In this document: piece after piece, positions 30,433-40,336 of the stretch
Layout: every line of letters starts with the position of its first letter
Numbering within the stretch: position 1 is the stretch's first letter
NCBI GenBank assembly: GCA_046546095.1
Contig: JBKGYK010000005.1
Coordinates: forward strand, 1 to 57,173
Direction: 5' to 3'
Length of the DNA: 57,173 nucleotides
Origin: Bacteroidales bacterium
GTDB lineage: Bacteria; Bacteroidota; Bacteroidia; Bacteroidales; ML635J-15
Made by a program: the position numbers and the translations under genes
Notes under the pieces: generated by a model
Told to the model about the DNA's origin: nothing
What the model saw: the letters and a program-made list of their open reading frames with translations, nothing else
Database searches by the model: none

Positions 30433-30448
30433 AACAATTATTGTGCCA
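30433..30448 (-). promoter_or_regulatory. Candidate sigma54 (-24/-12) promoter
   Basis: Minus strand TGGCAC-AATAA-TTGTT: perfect -24 box and correct spacing, but GT instead of GC at -12; 25 nt from the ATG. Confidence 0.5.
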
Positions 30449-30544
30449 CAAGTTATCAAAAAAATCAAGAAGGCAATTGAAAATCAGATCAAAAAAGAGG
30501 GAAAAATATCTTGCTTACAAGAACCCAATCGGGAAAGCATGAGC

Positions 30545-31813
30545 TTATTCATTCTCACCGGGACATGGAATGGCATGCAATTTCTTTTGCCAGTCTTTGC
30601 TGATTTGATTAAAGTCCTTCATGAGGCTGTCGGGAACCGGGTCTGCCGGTGGTGACTCCAGTGTGAGCGGATTGATTTGACTGCCATTTTCATGGATCTC
30701 AAAATGCAGATGAGGTCCTGTTGACAGTCCTGTACTGCCAACATAGCCGATGATATCTCCCTGTTTTACTCTGTCGCCCACATTGAATTTACCATATCGG
30801 GACATGTGCATGTAGACGCTGGTATAAACGGAGTTATGTTTTACTTTGATGTAATTGCCTGCACCGGAACCGTATTTTCTAAGGGTAATGACACCATCTC
30901 CGATTGTTCTGATTGGTGTACCGGTAGGAGCAGAGTAGTCAACGGCGCGATGAGGCCTGCGGTATTTTAATACCGGATGCATACGGCTGTTTGTGAAACG
31001 GGAACTGATGCGGTTAAATTTCAGGGGTGCTTTCAAAAAAGTTTTTCTCAGGCTTGCTCCCTGCAGGTCGTAGAAATCTGTTTTGCCCTCACGTTCAAAA
31101 GGTATTGCCCAGAAATCTTCACCCATATGTTGCATGTAACCGGCTTTAATGCCGTCAATATATAGGGGTTTGTCTTCAACAGTGACAACATCATAAATTA
31201 TTTTGAATTTATCACCCTTTTTTATGCCGAAAAAATCAATCGTCCAGCTGTAAATTTCTGACATCTCAAGAGCAAGCAGGGGATCGCTACCCTGATTTTT
31301 CAGTGCCATCCACAGGGAACTTTCAATCGTTCCACAGGCTGTGTTTTCAACATGTTCCACAGGTTTTTTCCCCTGCGTGACCATCAGTGTGTCTGTAAAA
31401 TCGTAGACGGTATAGTCAATGCCATTGTTTTCATATACCATGTAGTCCGCCTGTAGTCCGGTCAGGCTGTCTCCACGGCAAAACAGAGCGTAGGGCCTGC
31501 CTGTACGGATTTTGTCAATACGAAATGTATCGCAGGACATTTTACCGATTTGGTCAATGAGCACCGGACTCACTTTGTAGGGGATGAGCAGATCGGACAA
31601 AGTGTTGCCCGTTTTTATGGTATCAAAAACAATTCTGAAAGAATCCACAGGAATGCCGTATTTGGTTTGTGGTTCAGGTATTTCTTTCTCAGCGTTTTTG
31701 TCTGTCGCAGTTGAGACGGGTGCAACATCGTTCAATTTGTTTCTGATAAGAAAAAAGCTGCCAGCCATGATCAGGCCGGCAGCAATGATGATAATCCATT
31801 GGTATTTTTTCAT
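30545..31813 (-). CDS. M23 family peptidoglycan DD-endopeptidase (MepM/Csd3-like)
   Basis: N-terminal TM; RMHPVL..RPHRAVDY, YMHMS, GSTGLSTGPHLHFE. Confidence 0.93.
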   Translation of the reverse strand: MKKYQWIIIIAAGLIMAGSFFLIRNKLNDVAPVSTATDKNAEKEIPEPQTKYGIPVDSFRIVFDTIKTGNTLSDLLIPYKVSPVLIDQIGKMSCDTFRIDKIRTGRPYALFCRGDSLTGLQADYMVYENNGIDYTVYDFTDTLMVTQGKKPVEHVENTACGTIESSLWMALKNQGSDPLLALEMSEIYSWTIDFFGIKKGDKFKIIYDVVTVEDKPLYIDGIKAGYMQHMGEDFWAIPFEREGKTDFYDLQGASLRKTFLKAPLKFNRISSRFTNSRMHPVLKYRRPHRAVDYSAPTGTPIRTIGDGVITLRKYGSGAGNYIKVKHNSVYTSVYMHMSRYGKFNVGDRVKQGDIIGYVGSTGLSTGPHLHFEIHENGSQINPLTLESPPADPVPDSLMKDFNQISKDWQKKLHAIPCPGENE

Positions 31814-31821
31814 ACCGAGTG

Positions 31822-34800
31822 TTATTTAAGTTTTTTCTTCACTTCAACTTCATCAAAGGACTCGATGACATCTCCTGGTTTCACGTCGTTGTAGTTTTTG
31901 ATATTCAGGCCACATTCATAACCTGAGGCCACTTCCTTGACATCGTCTTTGAATCGTTTAAGTGAGCCGAGTTCACCGGTATAAACCACGATCCCGTCAC
32001 GGATAACCCGGGTTCTGCTGTTGCGGTAAATTTTGCCGTCTACTACTTTACAACCGGCTACCTGACCGACTTTGGTGATTTTGAATACGTCTTTTACTTC
32101 AGCAGAGCCATTGATTTTTTCTTTAATTTCCGGTGAAAGCATGCCTTCCATTGCAGCTTTCATATCATTGATTGCATCATAGATGATGGAATACAGACGT
32201 ATCTCGATTTCTTCTTTTTCTGCGAGCTTTCTTGCATTGACAGAAGGTCTTACCTGGAAACCAATAATTACTGCGTTCGAAGCTGAAGCCAGCATAACAT
32301 CGGTTTCGGTAATTTGTCCTACCGCTTTATGAATGACATTTACCTGTAGCTCTTCAGTTGACAATTTGATAAGTGAGTCTGCCAGTGCTTCGATTGACCC
32401 ATCCACATCACCTTTGATAACAACATTAACTTCCTGGAAGCTGCCAAGTGCAAGTCGGCGGCCTATTTCATCCAGGGTAATGTGTTTTTGCGTTCGTAAT
32501 GATTGTTCTCTGGCAAGTTGCTGGCGTTTCTGGGCAATATTTTTGGCTTCGCTTTCATTTTCCATCACCTTAAATTTGTCACCTGCCTGAGCAGCGCCAT
32601 TTAAGCCGAGCACGACAGCCGGTGTTGCCGGGCCTGTCTCATCAATTTTCTTTTGCCGTTCGTTGAACATGGCTTTTACACGTCCGTAGTATTGGCCTGC
32701 AAGGATAACATCGCCGTGATTAAGGCTTCCTCTCTGGATTAGTACAGTAGTAACATATCCACGACCTTTATCCAGTGTGGATTCAATAACAGTACCTTCA
32801 GCCATTCTGTCGGGATTGGCTTTTAGGTCGAGCATTTCAGCTTCGAGCAGAACTTTTTCAAGCAAATCGTCAACGTACATTCCCTCTTTGGCCGAGATAT
32901 CCTGGGACTGATATTTTCCGCCCCAGTCTTCAACCAGATAATTCATGTTGGCAAGTTTTTCCTTGATTTTTTCGGGATCCGCTGTTGATTTGTCCACTTT
33001 GTTGATGGCGAAAATGATGGGTACGCCTGCAGCAGATGCGTGATTGATGGCCTCAATGGTCTGGGGCATCACATCATCATCAGCAGCAATCACGATGATG
33101 GCAAGGTCGGTAACCTGAGCACCACGTGCCCTCATGGCAGTAAAAGCTTCGTGACCCGGAGTATCCAGGAATGTAATCATTTTTCCGTTGTCAAGCTCCA
33201 CAGAATAGGCACCTACGTGCTGGGTAATACCACCTGCTTCACCAGCCACAACATTGGCATGGCGAATGTAATCAAGCAGTTTCGTTTTTCCATGGTCAAC
33301 ATGACCCATGACAGTAACAATTGGAGCGCGAGGTTTGAGGTCCTCCGGTTTGTCTTCAATCTTTTCGGATTCTTCAAAATCATCGGCACTCACAAATTCT
33401 ATTTCATAGCCGAATTCATCAGCTACCAGGGTCATGGTTTCTGCATCCAGCCGCTGATTGATTGATACATTCAGGCCAATGTTCATGCATGTTGCGATGA
33501 GGTCTGTAACCGGGAGATCCATCATTGAGGCAAGTTCATTGACAGAGGCAAATTCATTCACCTGAATGACATTCTTTTCGGCCTCTTCTTTCTGGCGCTC
33601 TTCCTCAATTTTTTTGGAAACAGCGTCACGTTTATCGCGCCGGTATTTGGATGCTTTGGATTTGTGTCTTTTGTTTTCCAGCCTTGCCAGTGTGTTCTTG
33701 ATCTGCTTCTGAACATCTTCATCGGTAATTTCCGGTTTGGCTTTGGCTGTTTTCTTTTTCTTTTTGGTTGCTGGTTTGCGTTTGCTGCGTTCCTTATTGC
33801 TATCGCTGACAGAAACCTTACCCTTCTTAATACGTTTGCGTTTTTTCTTTTCGGCCTGTTTTTTGCGCTCTGCCTTGGCTGCTTCTTTGTCCTTTTTGCG
33901 TTTTTTCTCCAGCTCTTTTTCCTTCTCAATGTATTCGTTGATATTGATTTTACCAACTACTTTTGGTCCATCGAGTTTTCTGACTTCAGTCTTCATGAAG
34001 TCTTCTTTGCGTCCGTGATAATCCCGTACGCTTTCTTTTTCTTTTGGTTCTTCAGGTTTTTCTTCCGCTTTCTTTTCAGGCTTTTCCGGAGCAGGTTTTT
34101 CTTCTTTTTTGGGAGCTGCCTTTGGTGTTTCTTTCTTTTTTTCTTCTTCTTTTTTGGCCTCAGCTTTTTCCTGTTCTTTTTCCTTCTTCCGGAGCTTTTG
34201 TGTTACCTTGTTTTCTTCTTCCTGAATTTCTTTTTCCAGGTGTTTTTCCTTTTTGGATTTCTTTTTGGGACGTGTTTTCTGGTTTAATTCATCCAGATTA
34301 ATTTTGCGGACAACTTTAAGGCCTTCGTTTTCAGTTGATTTGCCTTCCAGCTTGATGTCTTTGGTATCTGATTCATCCTTTTCATCAGATTTGGCAGCTT
34401 CTTCTGATGCTTTGGGTTCTTCAGTTTTGGCTTTTTTGCTTTCTTCCTCTTTAGCAGCGGCTTTTTCTTCAGCGACTTTTTTCTCTTCAGCGCTGGCCTT
34501 GGCTTTTTCCTCAGCTTTTTCCTGCTTTTCCTGTTTAGCAGATGCTGCTTTTTCGGCTTTATCTTTGATCTCAGAGCTCAGGTCCCCAGTGGAGGCTGAA
34601 TTGTCCTTGATGAGGAAGTCATTACTTTCTTCAGCTTCTTCAGTGACAGCTTCTTCTTCAGTAGCCTTGTCCTCTTCTGCTGTTTCATCACTTTCATCTG
34701 AGCCGCTGCGATGTTCCTGCCTGCGCTCTTTGATGCGTTGTGATACTCCCTGTGCTTTTTCTTTCACAGTGATTTGATCGCCAAATTCATCCAGAAGAAT

Positions 34801-34938
34801 GTCATAACATTCAGGTGGAATCTTGGTGTTTGGATTTGATTCTACCTCAAATCCTTTCTTTTCGAGAAATTCAACGATGGTAGTGATCCCAAGGTTAAAT
34901 TCCTTTGCTATTTTACTCAGTCGTTTTTTTGCTGCCAT
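31822..34938 (-). CDS. infB: Translation initiation factor IF-2
   Basis: [36 protein letters not shown]; long charged N-terminal region. Confidence 0.99.
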   Translation of the reverse strand: MAAKKRLSKIAKEFNLGITTIVEFLEKKGFEVESNPNTKIPPECYDILLDEFGDQITVKEKAQGVSQRIKERRQEHRSGSDESDETAEEDKATEEEAVTEEAEESNDFLIKDNSASTGDLSSEIKDKAEKAASAKQEKQEKAEEKAKASAEEKKVAEEKAAAKEEESKKAKTEEPKASEEAAKSDEKDESDTKDIKLEGKSTENEGLKVVRKINLDELNQKTRPKKKSKKEKHLEKEIQEEENKVTQKLRKKEKEQEKAEAKKEEEKKKETPKAAPKKEEKPAPEKPEKKAEEKPEEPKEKESVRDYHGRKEDFMKTEVRKLDGPKVVGKININEYIEKEKELEKKRKKDKEAAKAERKKQAEKKKRKRIKKGKVSVSDSNKERSKRKPATKKKKKTAKAKPEITDEDVQKQIKNTLARLENKRHKSKASKYRRDKRDAVSKKIEEERQKEEAEKNVIQVNEFASVNELASMMDLPVTDLIATCMNIGLNVSINQRLDAETMTLVADEFGYEIEFVSADDFEESEKIEDKPEDLKPRAPIVTVMGHVDHGKTKLLDYIRHANVVAGEAGGITQHVGAYSVELDNGKMITFLDTPGHEAFTAMRARGAQVTDLAIIVIAADDDVMPQTIEAINHASAAGVPIIFAINKVDKSTADPEKIKEKLANMNYLVEDWGGKYQSQDISAKEGMYVDDLLEKVLLEAEMLDLKANPDRMAEGTVIESTLDKGRGYVTTVLIQRGSLNHGDVILAGQYYGRVKAMFNERQKKIDETGPATPAVVLGLNGAAQAGDKFKVMENESEAKNIAQKRQQLAREQSLRTQKHITLDEIGRRLALGSFQEVNVVIKGDVDGSIEALADSLIKLSTEELQVNVIHKAVGQITETDVMLASASNAVIIGFQVRPSVNARKLAEKEEIEIRLYSIIYDAINDMKAAMEGMLSPEIKEKINGSAEVKDVFKITKVGQVAGCKVVDGKIYRNSRTRVIRDGIVVYTGELGSLKRFKDDVKEVASGYECGLNIKNYNDVKPGDVIESFDEVEVKKKLK

Positions 34939-34986
34939 AAGTTTCTTCTAGTCCCAAAAATTTTATCTGTAAACAAAACCGAAAAT

Positions 34987-36219
34987 TTATTCGAATTCCG
35001 AATTAAGGATATTCAGAACATTATCTATGGTTTCATCTTCAAGGTCTGTTCTGTTGATCAGGTCATCCCTTGAAAGTTCCAGTACAGCTTTTGCTGTATC
35101 CAGTCCGATAGCCTTCAATTGGTCAATGACCCAGTCTTCTATTTCATCAGAGAATTCATCAAGATCCACATCTTCTTCATCTTCTCCTACTTCACGGTAT
35201 ACATCAATTTCATAGCCGGTCAGTTGGCTTGCGAGTTTAATGTTGTGGCCGTTTTTCCCGATTGCCAGTGATACTTGCTCGGGGTCAAGGTATACATCAG
35301 CACGTCCGTTATCCTTGAGCGCCACATTGTTTACTTTAGCAGGGCTGAGTGCTCTCTGGATAAACAATTGGATGTTGCTGGTGTAATTGATTACATCAAT
35401 ATTTTCGTTCCGCAATTCCCTGACAATTCCATGGATACGGCTTCCTTTCATTCCAACACAGGCACCAACAGGATCAACCCTGTCGTCGTATGATTCAACT
35501 GCAACTTTGGCTCTTTCCCCTGGTACACGGGCGATTTTCTGTATGGTAATGAGGCCGTCAAATATTTCAGGTACTTCAAGCTCAAACAGGCGTTCGAGGA
35601 AAACTGTTGATGTTCTGGAAATGATAATTAAGGGCGTACCGTTTCTCATTTCCACTCTCTCAACCACCGCACGGATGGTATCACCTTTCCGGAAAAAGTC
35701 AGAAGGAATCTGCTCTTCGCGGGGCAGGATGAGTTCATTTCCGTCATCATCAAGTACGAGGATTTCCCGTTTCCATATCTGATAAACCTCACCGGTTACA
35801 ATTTCTTCGATACGGCCTTTGTATTTATTGTAAAGATTGTCTCTTTCCAGTTCAAGAATTTTATTGGTCAGGTTTTGACGCAATGCCAGAATTGCTCTGC
35901 GGCCAAATTCCTCCATTTTTACTTCATCGGTAACATCTTCTCCGACCTCATAGTCATCCTCAATTTTTCTGGCTTCAGATAAGGGAATCTGTGTGTTTGG
36001 GTCTTCAAAATCTTTATCGGCAACCACTTCCCGGTTTCTCCAGATTTCAAAGTCACCTTTGTCTACATTGATAATTATATCATAATTTTCATCTGTACCA
36101 TGAATTTTAATTAAGGTGGCTCTGAACACCTCCTCAAGTACGCTCATCATGGTTGGGCGGTCAATGTTTTTCAGTTCCTTGAATTCTGAAAACGTATCTA
36201 ATAAATTCATCTGTGCCAT
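34987..36219 (-). CDS. nusA: Transcription factor NusA
   Basis: FELEVPEI, ARVPGERAKVAV, DPVGACVG.KGSRI, LAIGKNGHN. Confidence 0.98.
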   Translation of the reverse strand: MAQMNLLDTFSEFKELKNIDRPTMMSVLEEVFRATLIKIHGTDENYDIIINVDKGDFEIWRNREVVADKDFEDPNTQIPLSEARKIEDDYEVGEDVTDEVKMEEFGRRAILALRQNLTNKILELERDNLYNKYKGRIEEIVTGEVYQIWKREILVLDDDGNELILPREEQIPSDFFRKGDTIRAVVERVEMRNGTPLIIISRTSTVFLERLFELEVPEIFDGLITIQKIARVPGERAKVAVESYDDRVDPVGACVGMKGSRIHGIVRELRNENIDVINYTSNIQLFIQRALSPAKVNNVALKDNGRADVYLDPEQVSLAIGKNGHNIKLASQLTGYEIDVYREVGEDEEDVDLDEFSDEIEDWVIDQLKAIGLDTAKAVLELSRDDLINRTDLEDETIDNVLNILNSEFE

Positions 36220-36234
36220 ACTCAAAAATTTTGC

Positions 36235-36666
36235 TTAAAAACTGATATGGGGTTTTGCTTTACTAATTTCTTCATATTTCAGGTCTTCCTGTATATCTTT
36301 CTTGTTTTTTTTGTATCTGATCGTAATTCCCTGCTCACCTGTTTCCAGGATATCAGCAGTAAATTTTTCTCCTGTATCGAGTTCCAGATCAACTTTCTTT
36401 CCTGTATATTTTTTAAATTGTTCTCTTACTTTAAAACCTGTATCCAGACCCGGAGTAGAAACCACCAGTTCGAAATCCTCCTTTTCACGGTCTAGCCCGG
36501 ATTCAATAGCACGACTAATACGCTGACAATTTGTGATATTGAAATTGTCATCACCGTCAACAAAAACTTTTATCTGGTTTGCCTTGTTTATCTTTATGTC
36601 AACCAAAAATTCGCTTTCGCCTAAAGAGCTGTCAATCAGGTTTTTAATTGTACTATAATCAATCAT
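36235..36666 (-). CDS. rimP: Ribosome maturation factor RimP
   Basis: Start moved to MIDYS; CQRISR, FELVVSTPGL; lies upstream of nusA; TACATTTG box at 36717-36724. Confidence 0.92.
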   Translation of the reverse strand: MIDYSTIKNLIDSSLGESEFLVDIKINKANQIKVFVDGDDNFNITNCQRISRAIESGLDREKEDFELVVSTPGLDTGFKVREQFKKYTGKKVDLELDTGEKFTADILETGEQGITIRYKKNKKDIQEDLKYEEISKAKPHISF

Positions 36667-36679
36667 AAAATAACAAATA

Positions 36680-36697
36680 AGGGGACTTCCGTCCCCT
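36680..36697 (-). promoter_or_regulatory. rimP leader hairpin (AGGGGAC-GGAA-GTCCCCT followed by a U-rich tract)
   Basis: Perfect 7-bp stem with a GNRA loop between the -7 box and the rimP ATG. Confidence 0.65.
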
Positions 36698-36829
36698 GTT
36701 TTTTCTTTACTCGCTGCAAATGTATGACATATCTTTAACAAATCAAAATAAATCCTTTGTTTTCACCTAATAAGGAGGAATATTTCATGCTGGTTTAAAG
36801 TGAAATAGCAGCACATTATTTCCTGAAGC

Positions 36830-37357
36830 TTAGTTCACATTGTTGAATTGCGGAATTTGCAAGTCTTCCAGTCTGATATTTTTTAATTTTGGATATACAA
36901 ATTCAATCAGCTCCTGCAATGGCTGGTATAACAGCGAATTGTCCAGAACAGACTGCGGGATCAAATCAAGTTTGACCACAATGACCTGATCGAAGAGAAA
37001 AATCAGGGCACCGATAATGAGCAGGGCTTTGGCGGCACCGAAAACAGTACCTGTTATTTTGTTGAGCCAATTCATGGCAACTGCCTTGATAAGTTTATCG
37101 AGACTCCGCGACAGCAGGTGTACAGCAATGACGGTAAGAATAAACAGAACAGCAAAAGCAGTAAGCGGAATATAGTTTTCGTCAATATTAGTATTGCTGC
37201 TAATCAGGTCTTCAAGATAATGTGAAAATACAACTGCTACCCAGAGTCCGAGAAATAAGGCAGCCAGACTCGCAATTTCTTTAACGAGGCCGTTTTTAAA
37301 TCCCTTATAACCAAGCCATAAGACTGGTAAGGCTATGATAATATCCAGCCAGTTCAT
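36830..37357 (-). CDS. CvpA family membrane protein
   Basis: MNWLDII...GFKNGLVKEI; LNKITGTVFG; about 4 TM segments. Confidence 0.88.
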   Translation of the reverse strand: MNWLDIIIALPVLWLGYKGFKNGLVKEIASLAALFLGLWVAVVFSHYLEDLISSNTNIDENYIPLTAFAVLFILTVIAVHLLSRSLDKLIKAVAMNWLNKITGTVFGAAKALLIIGALIFLFDQVIVVKLDLIPQSVLDNSLLYQPLQELIEFVYPKLKNIRLEDLQIPQFNNVN

Positions 37358-37414
37358 AATAAAGTTTTTATTTTCGATAAAAATAAGCAAATTTGTTTGG
37401 ATATTTAAGACACT

Positions 37415-38929
37415 ATGGCAGTAATTAATTCTATAATTAATCTTGTTAATTTCAAGAGATTAGAGCAGATAGAGGAATTCAGGCGCCGGCCACATAAGGT
37501 GCAGGATGCTCAATTTAAAGAGTTGCTAAGCCTGGCAAAAAACACGGAATATGGCAGAAAGTACAGGTTTGATGAAATCAAAGATTACTATACTTTTTCT
37601 ACCCGGCTGCCTGTCAATGATTACGATGACATCAAGGATGATGTCGGAAGAATTCTGAAAGGCGAACAGAATGTTTTGTGGCCTACCGATATCCGTTGGT
37701 TTGCCAAGTCCAGTGGAACCACATCAGACCGGAGCAAGTTTATTCCCATCTCAAAAGAAGCTCTTGAGCAATGTCATTTTCGAAGTGGTAAGGATATTTA
37801 CGGGATTTATATCGACAGGAATCCTGATACGAAACTGTTTGCCGGCAAAACCCTGGCACTGGGCGGAAGTCATAAGGGTAGCAATCTCAGTGAAAAGACT
37901 TTTTACGGCGATCTTTCCGCGGTGATTATTCGCAACCTGCCATTCTGGACATATTTTCAGAAGGCGCCAAATCAGGATGTGGCCCTGATGGAGGAGTTTG
38001 AGGAAAAAATTGAAAGGATAGCCCAAACTACTGTCAAAACAAATGTGACAAGCATGACAGGTGTGCCCAGTTGGTTTTTGGTACTGCTGCGGCGTGTATT
38101 GGAAATTTCAGGAGAATCAGATATCAGTCGGGTATGGCCAAATCTTGAATTGTTTGTCCATGGCGGAGTGAGTTTTTCACCATACCGGGATATGTATAAA
38201 AGCCTGATATCAAATCCGGAAATGCAATATATGGAAACCTACAATGCATCTGAGGGCTTTTTTGCCATGCAGGATGACCCTTCCACAGATGATATGTTGC
38301 TGATGCTGGATTATGGGATTTACTATGAATTTATTCCGATGGCGGAGGCAGATAAGGATCATCCAAAAGCCATTCCGCTGTGGGAGGTGGAAGCCGGGAA
38401 AAATTATGCCATGCTTATTACAACCAATACCGGACTCTGGCGATACAAAATTGGGGATACTGTGAGTTTTACCTCAATACGGCCATACAAAATCCGGGTC
38501 ACCGGTCGTACCAAGCATTTTATCAATGCTTTTGGCGAAGAGCTTATCATTGATAATGCAGAAAAAGCACTTGAAGTTGCCTGCCGGAATACGGGTGCAG
38601 TAATCCGCGAATATACCGCAGCACCAAGGTATTTTAATAAAAACCGCAAAAATGCTGCGCATCAGTGGTTGTTTGAATTTATTACGCCTCCGGATGATCT
38701 TGAAAAGTTCGTAAAGGCCATGGATGAATCTCTTCGGGAACTCAACTCCGATTATGATGCCAAGCGCTATAAAAACATGACACTTGGCCCTCCGGAAGTA
38801 GTGGTTATGCCTGACGGAAGTTTTTATAAGTGGCTGAAATCCAAAAACAAGCTTGGAGGTCAGCATAAAATACCCAGGCTGGCGAATCACCGCGAATATG
38901 TGGATGCTATGTTGAAAATCAATGCTTAA
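37415..38929 (+). CDS. GH3 family acyl-adenylate-forming protein
   Basis: FAKSSGTT..SKFIP, ETYNASEGF, YEFIP, GLWRYKIGDTV, GRTK, GGQHKIPRL. Confidence 0.92.
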   Translation: MAVINSIINLVNFKRLEQIEEFRRRPHKVQDAQFKELLSLAKNTEYGRKYRFDEIKDYYTFSTRLPVNDYDDIKDDVGRILKGEQNVLWPTDIRWFAKSSGTTSDRSKFIPISKEALEQCHFRSGKDIYGIYIDRNPDTKLFAGKTLALGGSHKGSNLSEKTFYGDLSAVIIRNLPFWTYFQKAPNQDVALMEEFEEKIERIAQTTVKTNVTSMTGVPSWFLVLLRRVLEISGESDISRVWPNLELFVHGGVSFSPYRDMYKSLISNPEMQYMETYNASEGFFAMQDDPSTDDMLLMLDYGIYYEFIPMAEADKDHPKAIPLWEVEAGKNYAMLITTNTGLWRYKIGDTVSFTSIRPYKIRVTGRTKHFINAFGEELIIDNAEKALEVACRNTGAVIREYTAAPRYFNKNRKNAAHQWLFEFITPPDDLEKFVKAMDESLRELNSDYDAKRYKNMTLGPPEVVVMPDGSFYKWLKSKNKLGGQHKIPRLANHREYVDAMLKINA

Positions 38930-39288
38930 TCCACTGGGATAAAATACAGGACATCCTGTCCAAACTCAAGTGTCAGGATTCTGTTTGTCAATGTCCTTAT
39001 TTTAAAAACCGAAGAGGCTATCCTGATGTATTCTTCGTCCAGGAGTTCCCAGCTGGAGTCTACTTCCTGATCTTCATTACGACGCTGAATGAATTCTCCG
39101 CCTTCATTGAATACATACACTGTCGGCACCATGCCAACAATTTCATTTTCGACACCGTCAACATACATATGAAGTGTCCATTCATGTTTGGTCAGTTTGT
39201 TTTCCTGCCTGTCAGTTTCCCAGTTGTCAGAGCAGCCGGAAAAAAATATTGCCAAAGGCAAAATCAGATATGTGAGATAATTACGCAA
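38926..39288 (-). CDS. Small lipoprotein, lipocalin-like
   Basis: Lipobox FSGC; KLTKHEW and SSWEL beta-barrel pattern. Confidence 0.6.
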   Translation of the reverse strand: MRNYLTYLILPLAIFFSGCSDNWETDRQENKLTKHEWTLHMYVDGVENEIVGMVPTVYVFNEGGEFIQRRNEDQEVDSSWELLDEEYIRIASSVFKIRTLTNRILTLEFGQDVLYFIPVD

Positions 39289-40120
39289 TGTCTTTCAATC
39301 TTAAGGTTTTGTCTTCCCTGATGCCTTTGGGCGTTTGCTTCAGGCTGCAGGCTTCGGTGTTGATATCGTGCTGAAAAAAGAGAATATCCCCATTGTTATA
39401 TGCTTCCTGTAATAGGGTTTGTTTTTCATCCAGACTTCGCAGGGGATAAATATCGTATGCTGAAATGTAGGGTAAGCGGATATAAGGGCTGGCTGGCAGA
39501 AGATCGCCGGCAAAGATTACGCGCTGTTTGCCTGTGTTGACAAATACGGTGGCTAACCCGAAAGTATGACCATGATATAAGCGTATCCTGACATTGGGTG
39601 TCAAATAAAAATCCTCTTCAAATATTTGCAGTTTGCCCGATTCTTTCAGCGGTATTAGATTTTCTTCAAGATATGCCGGTTTTTCCCGAAGGTTGGGATT
39701 GTTTGCAGATTCCCACTGGGCTTTGCTTACCCATATTTTCGCATTGGGAAAAGTGAGCTTAAGCTTGCCATTGGCTTCGATTTTACTGGCGCCACCGCAA
39801 TGGTCAAAATGCAGATGTGTGAGAATTAAATCCGTGATATCTTCCGGTTCTACATTGATTTTTTTCAGGGAGGCAAGCAAAGTTTCCTCACCAAACAAAT
39901 GATAATGTCTGGCGAAATCGGGATGTAGCTTGTTGCCTATGCCGGCATCAACCAGAATGTTTTTTTCATTCTCCTGAATCAGCATAGAACGGCAGGCGCA
40001 GGGGCAGAGATTGTTTTCGTCTGCCGGATACAATTTCTGCCACAAAACTTTTGGCACTACGCCAAACATGGCACCACCGTCTACCTTAAAGTTTTCCGTC
40101 TCTATGCTGTGAATTTTCAT
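39281..40120 (-). CDS. MBL-fold metallo-hydrolase (YtnP-like)
   Basis: Start MKIHSIE; DGGAMFGVVPK, THLHFDHCGG, GHT, AGD, HD. Confidence 0.92.
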   Translation of the reverse strand: MKIHSIETENFKVDGGAMFGVVPKVLWQKLYPADENNLCPCACRSMLIQENEKNILVDAGIGNKLHPDFARHYHLFGEETLLASLKKINVEPEDITDLILTHLHFDHCGGASKIEANGKLKLTFPNAKIWVSKAQWESANNPNLREKPAYLEENLIPLKESGKLQIFEEDFYLTPNVRIRLYHGHTFGLATVFVNTGKQRVIFAGDLLPASPYIRLPYISAYDIYPLRSLDEKQTLLQEAYNNGDILFFQHDINTEACSLKQTPKGIREDKTLRLKDIA

Positions 40121-40336
40121 TTGTTCTTCAGTTTTGCAAATCAAAAGTACAAATATAATCATTGCAAAAGTAAAAAATCAAAACATTATGTCTGAAGCAA
40201 TTTTGGGATTCACATTATTGTCTGCCCTGACCTTGTAACACAACATTCATGCTCACAAATTTTTGAGGCAATAGATATATTTCTTTTTTCGTTGATAAAT
40301 CAGTATTTTTGTAAGCTAAACAGAAGAATAAGAATT

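Noticed and set aside
33558-34777. Several long alternative-frame and antisense ORFs in the infB N-terminal region
   Set aside because: Shadows of Lys/Glu/Ala low-complexity coding; the products are Phe/Leu/Ser-rich with no motifs
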